Shown here one piece after another: positions 40,545 to 50,725 of a stretch of DNA of 64,000 nucleotides. A program made the translations under genes and the position numbers. Under the pieces are notes generated by a model. That model was given only the letters and a program-made list of their open reading frames with translations. It was not told the origin of the DNA and did no database searches. This DNA comes from an uncultured Gammaproteobacteria bacterium (GTDB taxonomy: Bacteria; Patescibacteriota; Patescibacteriia; Magasanikbacterales; GWA2-37-8). How positions within the stretch are numbered: the first letter of the stretch is position 1; each line of letters starts with the position of its first letter. Location of the stretch: NCBI GenBank assembly GCA_964355175.1, contig CAYHBZ010000001.1, forward strand, positions 64,445 to 128,444, in the 5' to 3' direction.

Positions 40545-41087
40545 ATGATTAAAAATAAAATCATAAAAAATATACTATTTTTTCTATTGGCTAATTTTTT
40601 AATTTTTTTAAACCTTTCTTGGCATATTATCGCAAATCCGGCGCTAAATCTTATAAACATTAACTTGGCGGTACTGCTCTGGGCAATTATTTCTAATCCC
40701 CGCGGAAATTATTGGCCATATATTTTATATGTGGCTTTTGTAAATGAACTCTTTGAAAAAACTTCTTTTGGTATTACGGCTTTACCTTTGATAGCCACTT
40801 TACTATTTGTGCACTGGCTATTGCTAAACATCTTTACCAACCGCTCCCTGGTTACCGTGTTTCTAAGCGGCTTTTGCGCGCTAGTATTATATCGACTGCT
40901 TTTTATTGGTTCAAATTTTTTATTTTATTCCTACCCCGATCAAACTCTCACCAACGGCACACAACTTAAACTACTTTTGGTAGAAGCAATTCTCACTGCC
41001 AGCGTATTGGCTTTTGGCTATTTGATCTCGGCCTTTTTTATCAAACGACTCCATCCGGAATATATTAATCGCGGCCATATCTTATGA
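40545..41087 (+). CDS. mreD: MreD-like membrane protein
   Basis: Five TM segments between mreC and mrdA; assigned by position. Confidence 0.65.
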   Translation: MIKNKIIKNILFFLLANFLIFLNLSWHIIANPALNLININLAVLLWAIISNPRGNYWPYILYVAFVNELFEKTSFGITALPLIATLLFVHWLLLNIFTNRSLVTVFLSGFCALVLYRLLFIGSNFLFYSYPDQTLTNGTQLKLLLVEAILTASVLAFGYLISAFFIKRLHPEYINRGHIL

Positions 41088-43066
41088 GTAAAGATTTTTT
41101 TGAAATTCAAGATTTGAGCGAAAACTTTCAAAACCTGAATGGTAAATTTAGCCATGGCTGGATAGAAGATAATTTTCATTTGGATAAAGAAACTGGCCGC
41201 CACAACAATACTACCAGTGGCACTCGCAAATATCTGGGCAAAAGCATCTCCAATAAGTATCTATTTTGGTTTGGCATAATTTTAATTATTGGAATTTCCA
41301 CAATATTTCTAAAAAGTTTTTATACCCAAGTTATTCGCGGGAATTATTTTTATACTCTGGCTGAAAATAATCGCGTGCGTATCCGTCCTATTCCGGCTGA
41401 GCGCGGTATTATTTTTGATCGCTATGGCAAACAGCTGGTACAAAATGTGCCGGATTTTTCTCTGTCTATCATTCCGCAAGATTTACCGGCTGATCAAAAT
41501 AAACGTCAGGAGATTATTCGACGCTTGGCCGATATCTCCGGATTGACTACCGACTATATTCAAAATTTATTACAAAAATATAAAAATTATAGCTATGACT
41601 CTTTGGTCCTAAAAGAAAATTTGGACTATGACACTTCTTTAAAAATTTATATTGAGAGCGCGCAGATGCCGGGCGTATTGATTAGCGGTGGTAATAAGCG
41701 TTTTTATATTTATTCTCAGGACGACACCTCGCCAAGCTCTACTGTGAGTTTGTCGCATGTAATGGGATATCTGTCCAAATTAAACGACTCAGAATTGGAT
41801 GAAAAACGATCTCAAGGATATTTACTCTCGGATAACATCGGCAAAACCGGTGTAGAAAAAAGTTATGAGACTGAACTACGCGGAATTTATGGACGCAAAA
41901 AAATTGAAGTAAACGCCGCCGGACAAGAACAAAATATCGTGGCTGAAGAACCGCCTACACCCGGTAAAAATCTCTACCTGACTATCGATGCCGAGGCACA
42001 AAATAAAATGGAAAATTTAATAAAAACTTTTGTGGCCAATCATGGACCGCACCGTATCTCCGCCATCGCTATGGATCCGCGCAACGGAGAAATAATAGCC
42101 ATGGTGAGCTGGCCAAGTTTTAATAATAACTTATTTTCCGGCGGAATTTCACAAGAAAATTATAATAAATACCTGGCCGATACCAATCATCCGCTTTTCA
42201 ATCGCGCGATTGGCGGCAACACTCCTTCTGGCTCTATCGTAAAACCGGTAATGGCCGCGGCGGCTTTGGAAGAAAAAATTATAGATGCTCGCACCACGGT
42301 TTTTAGCAATGGCGGCATCCATGTAGGGAAGTGGTATTTCAAAGATTGGAAAGCGGGTGGACACGGAACTACTAATGTTACTTGGGCTTTGGCTTGGTCC
42401 GTAAATACTTTCTTTTATCATATCGGTGGCGGTTTCCAAAATTTCAAAGGTTTGGGGCTAGATAAAATACTAGAGTACATGCACAAATTTAATCTTGGCG
42501 CTAAAACCGGAATTGATCTACCCGGAGAAACTACCGGATTTCTTCCAAGCAGAGAATGGAAAGAAAAAACTCGTGGCGAACAATGGTATGTAGGTGATAC
42601 TTATAACTTGTCTATCGGCCAAGGTGATTTATTGGTCACACCGCTTCAAGCCTCGATTTGGACATCAGCGGTAGCTAATAACGGCACTATCGTGCGCCCA
42701 CATGTGGCTATGCAAATTTCCGGCACTGATAAAAATATTCAAAAACTGGATTTCCCGCCGACAAAAACTAATATTGTATCTGGAGAAACTTTATCGGTAG
42801 TGCGCCAAGGTATGCGCGACTGTGTGCTAGTAGGTAGTTGTAAACTTTTACAAACATTGCCATTTACTTCCGCCGGAAAAACCGGTACGGCGCAATGGAG
42901 CAGTAAAGAGCCCGAGCATGCCTGGTTTACCGCTTTTGCTCCTTATGAGAATCCTCAAATTCAGGTGACGGTGCTAATCGAAGCGGGCGGACAAGGCTCT
43001 ACTGTGAGTATGCCTATTGCCCGCGACTTTTTGAGCTGGTGGGGAAAAAAATATTTGACACACTAA
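41084..43066 (+). CDS. mrdA: Penicillin-binding protein 2
   Basis: RGIIFDR, S-x-x-K (SIVK), S-x-N (SVN), KTG. Confidence 0.95.
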   Translation: MSKDFFEIQDLSENFQNLNGKFSHGWIEDNFHLDKETGRHNNTTSGTRKYLGKSISNKYLFWFGIILIIGISTIFLKSFYTQVIRGNYFYTLAENNRVRIRPIPAERGIIFDRYGKQLVQNVPDFSLSIIPQDLPADQNKRQEIIRRLADISGLTTDYIQNLLQKYKNYSYDSLVLKENLDYDTSLKIYIESAQMPGVLISGGNKRFYIYSQDDTSPSSTVSLSHVMGYLSKLNDSELDEKRSQGYLLSDNIGKTGVEKSYETELRGIYGRKKIEVNAAGQEQNIVAEEPPTPGKNLYLTIDAEAQNKMENLIKTFVANHGPHRISAIAMDPRNGEIIAMVSWPSFNNNLFSGGISQENYNKYLADTNHPLFNRAIGGNTPSGSIVKPVMAAAALEEKIIDARTTVFSNGGIHVGKWYFKDWKAGGHGTTNVTWALAWSVNTFFYHIGGGFQNFKGLGLDKILEYMHKFNLGAKTGIDLPGETTGFLPSREWKEKTRGEQWYVGDTYNLSIGQGDLLVTPLQASIWTSAVANNGTIVRPHVAMQISGTDKNIQKLDFPPTKTNIVSGETLSVVRQGMRDCVLVGSCKLLQTLPFTSAGKTGTAQWSSKEPEHAWFTAFAPYENPQIQVTVLIEAGGQGSTVSMPIARDFLSWWGKKYLTH

Positions 43067-43130
43067 AAAACCTCTGTTATTATATTAGCAAGAAACTCTT
43101 TGCGAGTTTATTTTATTTCTATTTTGACCT

Positions 43131-43595
43131 ATGGACAACAATATCCAGTACCTAACGAAAGAAAGCTTACAAAACCTAAAGACCGAACTGGAAACTTTAC
43201 GCAATAAAACCATTCCGGATATCGCTCGCCGTATCGATGAAGCCAAGCAACAAGGCGATCTCTCGGAAAATGCCGAATATCACCAGGCTAGAGAAGATAT
43301 GAGCTGGACACAGGGCCGAGTACAAGAGCTAGATCAGCTGATCCAGAATGCCCAAATCATCGAAAAAAGTGTAGACCATGACACCGTGAGCATTGGATCT
43401 ACAGTGACTGTAAAAATAAATGGAAAAACCAAGGACTATACTATTGTTGGTCCACAAGAAATTGATCCGTCCAAAGGCTATATCTCCAACGAATCTCCGC
43501 TAGGACAAGCCTTTCTCAAACATAAAGTAAAAGACAAAATAGAAGTAATTACCCCGGCTGGAAAAAATGTTTACGAAATAATTTTGATAAAATAA
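43131..43595 (+). CDS. greA: Transcription elongation factor GreA
   Basis: GDLSENAEY and ISNESPLG. Confidence 0.95.
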   Translation: MDNNIQYLTKESLQNLKTELETLRNKTIPDIARRIDEAKQQGDLSENAEYHQAREDMSWTQGRVQELDQLIQNAQIIEKSVDHDTVSIGSTVTVKINGKTKDYTIVGPQEIDPSKGYISNESPLGQAFLKHKVKDKIEVITPAGKNVYEIILIK

Positions 43596-43644
43596 ATTAA
43601 ATAAAAAATCCTCCGATTGAGTCGGAGGATTTTTTATTTAATTT
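43594..43644. terminator. Bidirectional terminator
   Basis: AATTAAATAAAAAATCCTCCGAT-TGA-GTCGGAGGATTTTTTATTTAATT. Confidence 0.9.
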
Positions 43645-44511
43645 TTAATCACAGCTTTTACGACTGGAGTCATCGAGATTTCTTGGGAGAATCAAGGTTC
43701 TCATATTTAGCTTCAAAGATTCAATACAAATTTTCGGACTATTTTTATATTCAGCATTAAAAATTGGCTTGTTTTGCTTGGTAAATACGGACAGCTGATC
43801 ACATTCATGATACACATGACATTGTTCGTTTACCGTGAGATCAAAATAATCAACCAAATCTCCGGCCAACTCAACAGCATTTTTGAGCGCTACCGTAAGA
43901 CCACGCTTGTGTGCCTCCTGCGAAATTTGACGATTAAAATTTAATTGATCAGCTTTAGTTAAAGCAAAACCTGTTTTGTTGGAATACCCATCTACATTAT
44001 CTGGTTCCACACCATCACAACCTTTAGCGACCGCCAGATCAAGACGGGAGATGTTCACATCCATCACATTTTTTGCGCGGATGTCCAGCCATTTTTCACC
44101 ATTCCAACCATCGAGAGGTTTGCCAAGTGAATTGGAGTTGAACTTTTGATAATCAGGTCGCCATTTTTCAGCTGATCCGGCGGAAAAATAACATAAAACT
44201 TTTTTACCGGACGCTTTGAGGCTAGAGATAATCTCGGGAGAAGTGTCAAAAAGGTCAATATCATAAACGTCAACCGGATAACTTTGATTAATATTTCCAG
44301 TTAGTTGCCATTGCCAGGTGGTGGTAACGATTGGGCGGTACCAATTTCCCTGAATCGGTGCGGAGACCGGCTGGGCGAGAGAGGTGGACATTGCAGGCTT
44401 GGCAGCTGTTTTTTTTGCCGTTTTTTTGGCCTTAGCGGCCAAAGTCATGGTCGGTATGACCAAAAAAGCTATAATTACTAGGAAAACAGCTCTTTTTGCG
44501 TAGTTTTTCAT
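43645..44511 (-). CDS. Secreted GH114 endo-alpha-1,4-polygalactosaminidase
   Basis: WQWQL, YDIDLFD, CYFSAGS.E.WRPD, GCDGVEPDNVD, LKN, NEQC, NAEY; signal peptide. Confidence 0.88.
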   Translation of the reverse strand: MKNYAKRAVFLVIIAFLVIPTMTLAAKAKKTAKKTAAKPAMSTSLAQPVSAPIQGNWYRPIVTTTWQWQLTGNINQSYPVDVYDIDLFDTSPEIISSLKASGKKVLCYFSAGSAEKWRPDYQKFNSNSLGKPLDGWNGEKWLDIRAKNVMDVNISRLDLAVAKGCDGVEPDNVDGYSNKTGFALTKADQLNFNRQISQEAHKRGLTVALKNAVELAGDLVDYFDLTVNEQCHVYHECDQLSVFTKQNKPIFNAEYKNSPKICIESLKLNMRTLILPRNLDDSSRKSCD

Positions 44512-44611
44512 TGATTAAAATGCTTAAGATTAGATTAATTCATTTAGCATACCATAATTTTGACTTTTTATCCAAAAACAGTTATAATCATTGGGAATTA
44601 TAATAATTTTT

Positions 44612-46108
44612 ATGATCGAAGAAATCGAAGAATACCAGACCCGTTTGGGGCGTTTAAATACCCTAAAAGAAGCGGGGATAGATGCCTACCCAGCCCAGAG
44701 TGAAAAAGGGGCTAATTTAGCTGATGCCAAAAATTTACCGGTTGATTCCGCCGTGACATCTTCAGGCCGCCTGGTCGCTATGCGCGATATGGGCAAACTT
44801 TGTTTCGCTCACTTGAAAGACGCTTCCGGAAAAATGCAATTGGCGGTATCCGAAAAAGAACTCGGTAAAGACAGATATAAATTTTTTGTAAAAAACTTTG
44901 ACCTCGGGGATTTTATTTGGGTTTCCGGAAATATTTTTGTTACTCATGCTGGTGAAACTTCTATTTTGGTAAAAGATTTTAAAATTCTTTCCAAAGCACT
45001 TTTGCCATTGCCAGAAAAATTCCACGGCCTAACTGATATTGAGATCCGTTATCGCAAACGCTATTTGGATCTGCTTGGCAACGAACAATCTATGGAGATT
45101 GCCAAGATGCGTTCCAATGTGGTGCGTGAATTGCGCAATTATTTTGATGCCAAAGGTTTTTATGAAGTAGAAACTCCAGTACTGCAAACTTTATATGGCG
45201 GTGCCTTGGCCAAACCATTTGAAACTCACCATAATGCTTTGGATATTCCATTGTATTTGCGTATTGCTCCGGAACTTTATTTGAAAAGATTAATTGTTGG
45301 TGGTTTTGAAAAAGTTTACGAAATTGCAAAATGTTTCCGTAACGAGGGAATAGATAATAATCACAATCCTGAATTTACTCAAATTGAATTCTATTGGGCT
45401 TACGCTGATTACACCATGCTCATGGATATGGTAGAAGATTATTTGCCACGCCTTATTAAAGCTGCCGGCAAAGAATTGAAATTAAATATCGCGGGACAAG
45501 AAGTAGATTTTACTGGTCCATACCCACGCGTATCAATGCGTGATTTGATCAAACAATACGCCAAGATTGACATTGAAGATTATCCAACTGATGAGGCAAT
45601 GTATAAAAAAGCAATTGAATTGAAGGTGGAAGATACCAAACCAGGTACTGGACGCGGCAAATTGATTGATGAAATTTATAAAGTTTACGCTCGACCATAT
45701 ATCGTCAATCCAATTTTCATGATTGATCACCCAGTAGAGCTTTCACCTTTGGCCAAAAAGAAAGTCGGTGACCCGCGCTATGTAGAGCGTTTCCAATTAC
45801 TCTGTGTTGGTGGTAATGAACTCTGTAATGCTTTTTCTGAGCTCAACGATCCGCTCGATCAAGAAGAAAGATTCAAAGAACAAACTCGTTTGGAAGCGGC
45901 AGGGGATGACGAGAGTATGCCATACGACGAAGACTTTGTGACCGCCCTCAAACACGGCATGCCACCAACTGGCGGTCTTGGCATGGGCATTGATCGCTTG
46001 ATAAAATTACTAGCGGACGCTGATAATCTAAAAGAAGTAATTTTGTTCCCAACAATGAGACCAGAAGGTGGAAAAGAAAAAGCAGAACCAGAAAAACCAA
46101 AAAAATAA
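44612..46108 (+). CDS. lysS: Lysyl-tRNA synthetase (class II)
   Basis: LPEKFHGL, YLRIAPELYLKRL, FRNEG, GMPPTGG.G.GIDRL. Confidence 0.97.
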   Translation: MIEEIEEYQTRLGRLNTLKEAGIDAYPAQSEKGANLADAKNLPVDSAVTSSGRLVAMRDMGKLCFAHLKDASGKMQLAVSEKELGKDRYKFFVKNFDLGDFIWVSGNIFVTHAGETSILVKDFKILSKALLPLPEKFHGLTDIEIRYRKRYLDLLGNEQSMEIAKMRSNVVRELRNYFDAKGFYEVETPVLQTLYGGALAKPFETHHNALDIPLYLRIAPELYLKRLIVGGFEKVYEIAKCFRNEGIDNNHNPEFTQIEFYWAYADYTMLMDMVEDYLPRLIKAAGKELKLNIAGQEVDFTGPYPRVSMRDLIKQYAKIDIEDYPTDEAMYKKAIELKVEDTKPGTGRGKLIDEIYKVYARPYIVNPIFMIDHPVELSPLAKKKVGDPRYVERFQLLCVGGNELCNAFSELNDPLDQEERFKEQTRLEAAGDDESMPYDEDFVTALKHGMPPTGGLGMGIDRLIKLLADADNLKEVILFPTMRPEGGKEKAEPEKPKK

Positions 46109-46109
46109 T

Positions 46110-46505
46110 ATGTCCAAGGTAATGGTCTTTGGAACATTTGATATTTTACATCCTGGTCATTTGTTTCTACTAAACGAAGCCAAGAAGATGGGGAATAGCC
46201 TCACGGTTGTAATAGCTCGCGATAAGACAGTAACGGCAGTAAAAAATATCACGACCCAAAATGATGAACAAACTAGACTAAAAAATCTCACTGATCTAAA
46301 TATCGCCGACAAAGTCATTCTAGGAAATCCTGGCGATAAATATCAGGTAGTGAGAGATGAATCGCCAGATGTAATTGCGCTAGGGTATGACCAAACCGCT
46401 TTTACCGCTGATTTAGAAAAAGTTTTTCCTACTATCAAGATCGTACGATTAAAACCTTACAAAGAAGATATTTATAAAAGTTCAAAATTTAGAAACATAA
46501 AATAA
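46110..46505 (+). CDS. Cytidylyltransferase family protein (RibL-type FAD synthase-like)
   Basis: FGTFDILHPGH, VIARD, PDVIALGYDQ, KSS. Confidence 0.8.
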   Translation: MSKVMVFGTFDILHPGHLFLLNEAKKMGNSLTVVIARDKTVTAVKNITTQNDEQTRLKNLTDLNIADKVILGNPGDKYQVVRDESPDVIALGYDQTAFTADLEKVFPTIKIVRLKPYKEDIYKSSKFRNIK

Positions 46506-46566
46506 TGTCATTCCGAGTGCAACGAGGAATCTTTACCAAGATCCCTCACATTCGTTCGGGATGACA
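46506..46566. repeat. REPIN-like palindromic repeat, copy 6
   Basis: TGTCATTCCGAGTGCAACGAGGAATCT ... AGATCCCTCACATTCGTTCGGGATGACA. Confidence 0.85.
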
Positions 46567-46578
46567 AATAAAAAACAC

Positions 46579-47595
46579 ATGCAAAAGATATTGATCGCTA
46601 CTACTAACGAAGGAAAGTTTCACGAAATCGTGAATATCTTTAGCGACCTACAATTTACTTTTGTAAGTCTCAAGCAAGTTGGACTAGATAAATATGATGT
46701 AGAAGAGCCATATAATACGACTTGGGAAAATGCTTTGGCCAAAGCCAAATTTTATGCCAAAAAAAGCCGCCTACTTACATTGAGCGAAGACAGTGGTTTC
46801 TATGTGGACGCTCTGGAAGGCGCCCCGGGAATAAAAGCCAAACGCTATGGCCGTGATGGTAAAGAAAGAAATAATAAAATATTAGCAGCTTTAAAAAGCG
46901 TACCGAGCGACAAACGCACCGCTCACTTTGAACTTAGTGCTTGTCTATATAATCCAAAAAATAATTCTTTTAGTATCTTTAGCGGGGAAGCCAAGGGATC
47001 AATTAGCACCAAGGAGATCGGCGACTCCCATAAAGGACTCGGATACGACAGTATATTTTATTATCCACCGCTCAATAAAAATTTTTCCGAACTTTCCGTA
47101 GCGGAAAAAAATACGGTTAGCCACCGCGGTCAGGCACTTTTGAAAGTAAAACATTTTCTAGAAAAACAATTTCACTTTAGACAACTGGTCGTACCGGCCG
47201 CAATAATTGTGAAAGATAGAAAAATGTTTTTTCAAAAACGCCGTGACTCTAGAAAAGAATTTTCTAAATGGGAATTCCCTGGCGGGGGAGTGGAAGACGG
47301 TGAAGATTTGATCGGCTGTCTAAAAAGAGAGGTAAGAGATGAAACCGGATTTAATGTAGAGCCACTGGAATTACTTTCACCGATAATGAATCGGGTAGAA
47401 AAAAAATACAACTATCAAGTTTTTCTCCCAGTATATATTTGCAAAATAAAATCAGGGAAAATAAAAGTGGCGCACAACGAAGTGGCCGATCATGGCTGGT
47501 TCACTATCAAAGAAGCGTTAAAACTAAAATTCCTTCCGCTCAATAAAGAAATAATCAAAGCCAACCTAGCCATCTTAAAAAAATACTCAGACTAA
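46579..47595 (+). CDS. rdgB: RdgB/HAM1 dITP/XTP pyrophosphatase fused to a MutT-like NUDIX domain
   Basis: ATTNEGK, EDSG, GAPG, GYD, KN.VSHR, then WEFPGG.VE.GE......REVRDETG. The ORF-track ATG at 46561 comes from the repeat. Confidence 0.88.
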   Translation: MQKILIATTNEGKFHEIVNIFSDLQFTFVSLKQVGLDKYDVEEPYNTTWENALAKAKFYAKKSRLLTLSEDSGFYVDALEGAPGIKAKRYGRDGKERNNKILAALKSVPSDKRTAHFELSACLYNPKNNSFSIFSGEAKGSISTKEIGDSHKGLGYDSIFYYPPLNKNFSELSVAEKNTVSHRGQALLKVKHFLEKQFHFRQLVVPAAIIVKDRKMFFQKRRDSRKEFSKWEFPGGGVEDGEDLIGCLKREVRDETGFNVEPLELLSPIMNRVEKKYNYQVFLPVYICKIKSGKIKVAHNEVADHGWFTIKEALKLKFLPLNKEIIKANLAILKKYSD

Positions 47596-47596
47596 T

Positions 47597-48832
47597 ATGC
47601 TCGATATAAAATTTATTCGTGAAAATCTAGAACTGGTCAAACAAAATTGTACCAACCGTAGAGCGAAAGTGGATTTTGATAAATTGCTTGAACTAGACGA
47701 ACAGCGTCGTGGTGCCCTCAAACAAATAGACGACCTACGCGCATCTCGCAATCAAGGCTCCAAAGGCAAACCAACTCCGGAAGAAATTACCAAGATGCGT
47801 GAAGTGGGTGAGAGAATAAAAGAAGCTGAATCCAGCCTCACCGCCGTAGAAACTGAATATAAAGATCTACTGATGCGCGTGCCAAATATGACACACGCTG
47901 ATACACCAGTTGGCGGCGAAGAAGATTTCAAAACAGTATATCAGAGTCCAAAGGAAATGAAATTTGATTTCACTCCAAAAGATCATGAAGAATTATTACT
48001 TGCCAGCGACCTAATAGATTTTGAACGCGGCGCCAAAGTGGCTGGAGCAAAATTCTATTTTACCAAAAATAATTTAGTCCGATTAAACCAGGCGCTGATA
48101 AACTACGGCATGGATGTAGTGACCAAGCACGGTTTCACCTTGCTAGAAACTCCAGATCTGGCCAAAAACGAAATTCTTACCGGCATTGGTTTCAATCCAC
48201 GCGGAGCTGAAACACAAGTTTACTCAGTAGAGGGGACAGACCTTAGTTTGATCGGTACGGCCGAAATCACTGTGGGAGGATATCATGCCAACGAAGTATT
48301 GGACCTCTCCACTGGGCCAAAAAAATATGTCGCTCTATCACACTGTTTCCGTACTGAAGCTGGTGCCTACGGTCGCACCAATAAAGGTTTGTACCGAGTA
48401 CACCAGTTCACAAAATTAGAAATGTTCGTATATTGCAAACCAGAAGATAGCGAAAAACAACATCAGGAAATTTTAGAGATTGAAAAAGAAATTTGTGAAG
48501 GTCTAAAATTAAACTACCGCGTAATCGACATCGCTTCGGGCGATCTCGGCGGTCCGGCTTATCGCAAATACGATCTGGAAGCTTATATGACGATGAACAG
48601 CGGCTTTGGAGAGATTACTAGCTGTAGCAACTGTACCGACTATCAATCACGCCGATTAAATATCAAATACAAAAAGGAAGATGGTAATACCGAGCTGGTG
48701 CACACGCTCAATGGTACGGCCATGGTGCTGAGCCGTTTCCCGATTGCAATTGTAGAACAATATCAACAAGCCGATGGATCCATCCTCGTGCCGGAAGTAC
48801 TGCAACCTTATTGCGGGCTGAAAAAATTATAA
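47597..48832 (+). CDS. serS: Seryl-tRNA synthetase
   Basis: MLDIKFIR, GTAE, FRTEAG, GLYRVHQF.K.E, HTLNGT. Confidence 0.97.
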   Translation: MLDIKFIRENLELVKQNCTNRRAKVDFDKLLELDEQRRGALKQIDDLRASRNQGSKGKPTPEEITKMREVGERIKEAESSLTAVETEYKDLLMRVPNMTHADTPVGGEEDFKTVYQSPKEMKFDFTPKDHEELLLASDLIDFERGAKVAGAKFYFTKNNLVRLNQALINYGMDVVTKHGFTLLETPDLAKNEILTGIGFNPRGAETQVYSVEGTDLSLIGTAEITVGGYHANEVLDLSTGPKKYVALSHCFRTEAGAYGRTNKGLYRVHQFTKLEMFVYCKPEDSEKQHQEILEIEKEICEGLKLNYRVIDIASGDLGGPAYRKYDLEAYMTMNSGFGEITSCSNCTDYQSRRLNIKYKKEDGNTELVHTLNGTAMVLSRFPIAIVEQYQQADGSILVPEVLQPYCGLKKL

Positions 48833-48837
48833 ATATT

Positions 48838-50649
48838 ATGCAAAAAATTAGAAATATCGCGATTATTGCCCACGTTGACCACGGCAAGACTACATTGGTG
48901 GACGCATTGTTGCACCAAGCCAAAACTAAATTCAGCAAAGACACAGTAGACCAAATTTGTGTGATGGACAGCAACGATCTTGAAAAAGAACGCGGCATTA
49001 CCATCTTCTCCAAAAACGCGGCCGTACGCTGGGGTGAACACAAGGTTAACATTATTGATACTCCAGGCCACGCCGACTTTGGTGGGGAAGTAGAGCGCGT
49101 GCTCACTATGGCCGACGGTTGTTTATTGCTTGTAGATGCTAAAGAAGGTCCGATGCCTCAGACCCGTTTCGTACTCAAAAAAGCTTTGGCCATGAAATTG
49201 AAAGTTATTGTAGTCGTAAATAAAATTGATAAACCAGACGCTCGTCCCGCTTTTGCTTTGGACAAAACTTTTGATTTGTTTTTAGAACTTGGAGCTGATG
49301 ATGAAACTGCCAACTTCCCTGTAATTTACGCCAGTGCCAAACAAGGCTTGGCTGGTCTGGAACCGGATCTTACCAAGATGACTGATGTCAGCCCACTGTT
49401 TGATACTATTTTAAGTTATATTCCCGAACCAAGTGGCGACGCGGAAAAACCTTTACAGATGTTGGTGACTACTTTGTCTGCCGACAATTATAAAGGCCGT
49501 ATTGTTACTGGAAAACTTCTCAATGGTCGCATCAAAGCTGGCCAAGAAGTAGCTCGCATTCGTCGCGACGGTACAATTTCCAAGCACCGTCTCGTAGCTC
49601 TGATGAGCTTTGAAGGTTTGGACCGTATTATTGCTGAAAATGTAGAAGCCGGTGATATCGTAGCGGTAGCTGGTATTACTGACGCGATGATCGGTGAAAC
49701 CATCGCTGACCCAATTAACCCAATCGCTTTGCCAATACTTAAAATTGAGGAACCAACCGTGAAGATGACTTTCTCCGTAAATGATTCTCCATTTGCCGGT
49801 AAAGAAGGTCAATTCACTACTTCTCGTCAGATCAACGAACGCTTATACAAGGAATTAGAAACCGACATGGCCTTGCGTATTGAAAATGGTCAAAACAATG
49901 ACTGGATTGTATCCGGTCGTGGTGAATTGCATTTGGCAATTTTGATCGAACGCTTGCGTCGTGAAGGTTATGAAATTCAAGTTTCTCGTCCGCAGGTAAT
50001 CGTGAAAGAAGTAGAAGGAAAGAAAATGGTACCTTTTGAAAATGTTTATATCGAAGCTCCAGAATTTGCTTCTGGCTCGGTAATTCAAAAACTTGGCTCT
50101 CGCCATGGTCTCATGCAGCACATGAAGATTGAAAACGGAATTTTCTTTGGTGAATTCCTTATTCCTACCCGCGGTTTGTTTGGCTACCGCACCGAATTTT
50201 TGACTGATACCAAAGGTTTAGGTTTGATCAACGCTATCTTTAACGGATACGAAGCTGATCCAGGTAACTGGAAAGAACGCGACCAGGGATCGCTAGTGGC
50301 TCACGAAACTGGCACTACCAACCTATATGGTTTACTCAATTCTCAAGACAGAGGTTTGCTGTTCCTTGGCCCAGCTGTAGAAGTATATGCTGGACAAGTA
50401 ATAGGACAACACGCTCGTACCGGTGATCTGCGCGTGAATGTATGTAAAACAAAAGCTCTTTCCAATATGCGCTCCAAAGGTGATGGCGTATCTGAACATT
50501 TCAATGCTCCAAAAACTATGGACCTGGAAGATGCTTTGGAATATATTGGCGATGACGAATTGGTAGAAATCACTCCAAAAAATATTCGTATTCGCAAACA
50601 AATATTAAGCGAAAGCGAAGCTCGTAAAAAAATGTTGGGTATAAAATAA
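48838..50649 (+). CDS. typA: Translational GTPase TypA/BipA
   Basis: AHVDHGKTT, ERGITI, DTPGHADFGGEVER, GRGELHL, DDELVE.TP. Confidence 0.97.
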   Translation: MQKIRNIAIIAHVDHGKTTLVDALLHQAKTKFSKDTVDQICVMDSNDLEKERGITIFSKNAAVRWGEHKVNIIDTPGHADFGGEVERVLTMADGCLLLVDAKEGPMPQTRFVLKKALAMKLKVIVVVNKIDKPDARPAFALDKTFDLFLELGADDETANFPVIYASAKQGLAGLEPDLTKMTDVSPLFDTILSYIPEPSGDAEKPLQMLVTTLSADNYKGRIVTGKLLNGRIKAGQEVARIRRDGTISKHRLVALMSFEGLDRIIAENVEAGDIVAVAGITDAMIGETIADPINPIALPILKIEEPTVKMTFSVNDSPFAGKEGQFTTSRQINERLYKELETDMALRIENGQNNDWIVSGRGELHLAILIERLRREGYEIQVSRPQVIVKEVEGKKMVPFENVYIEAPEFASGSVIQKLGSRHGLMQHMKIENGIFFGEFLIPTRGLFGYRTEFLTDTKGLGLINAIFNGYEADPGNWKERDQGSLVAHETGTTNLYGLLNSQDRGLLFLGPAVEVYAGQVIGQHARTGDLRVNVCKTKALSNMRSKGDGVSEHFNAPKTMDLEDALEYIGDDELVEITPKNIRIRKQILSESEARKKMLGIK

Positions 50650-50725
50650 GCTAAAGCTTGCGATAACATCGGACCTCGCAAATAAATTTATTTGTCTTGT
50701 CCCTAGAAATCTTAAAACTCTCTAT

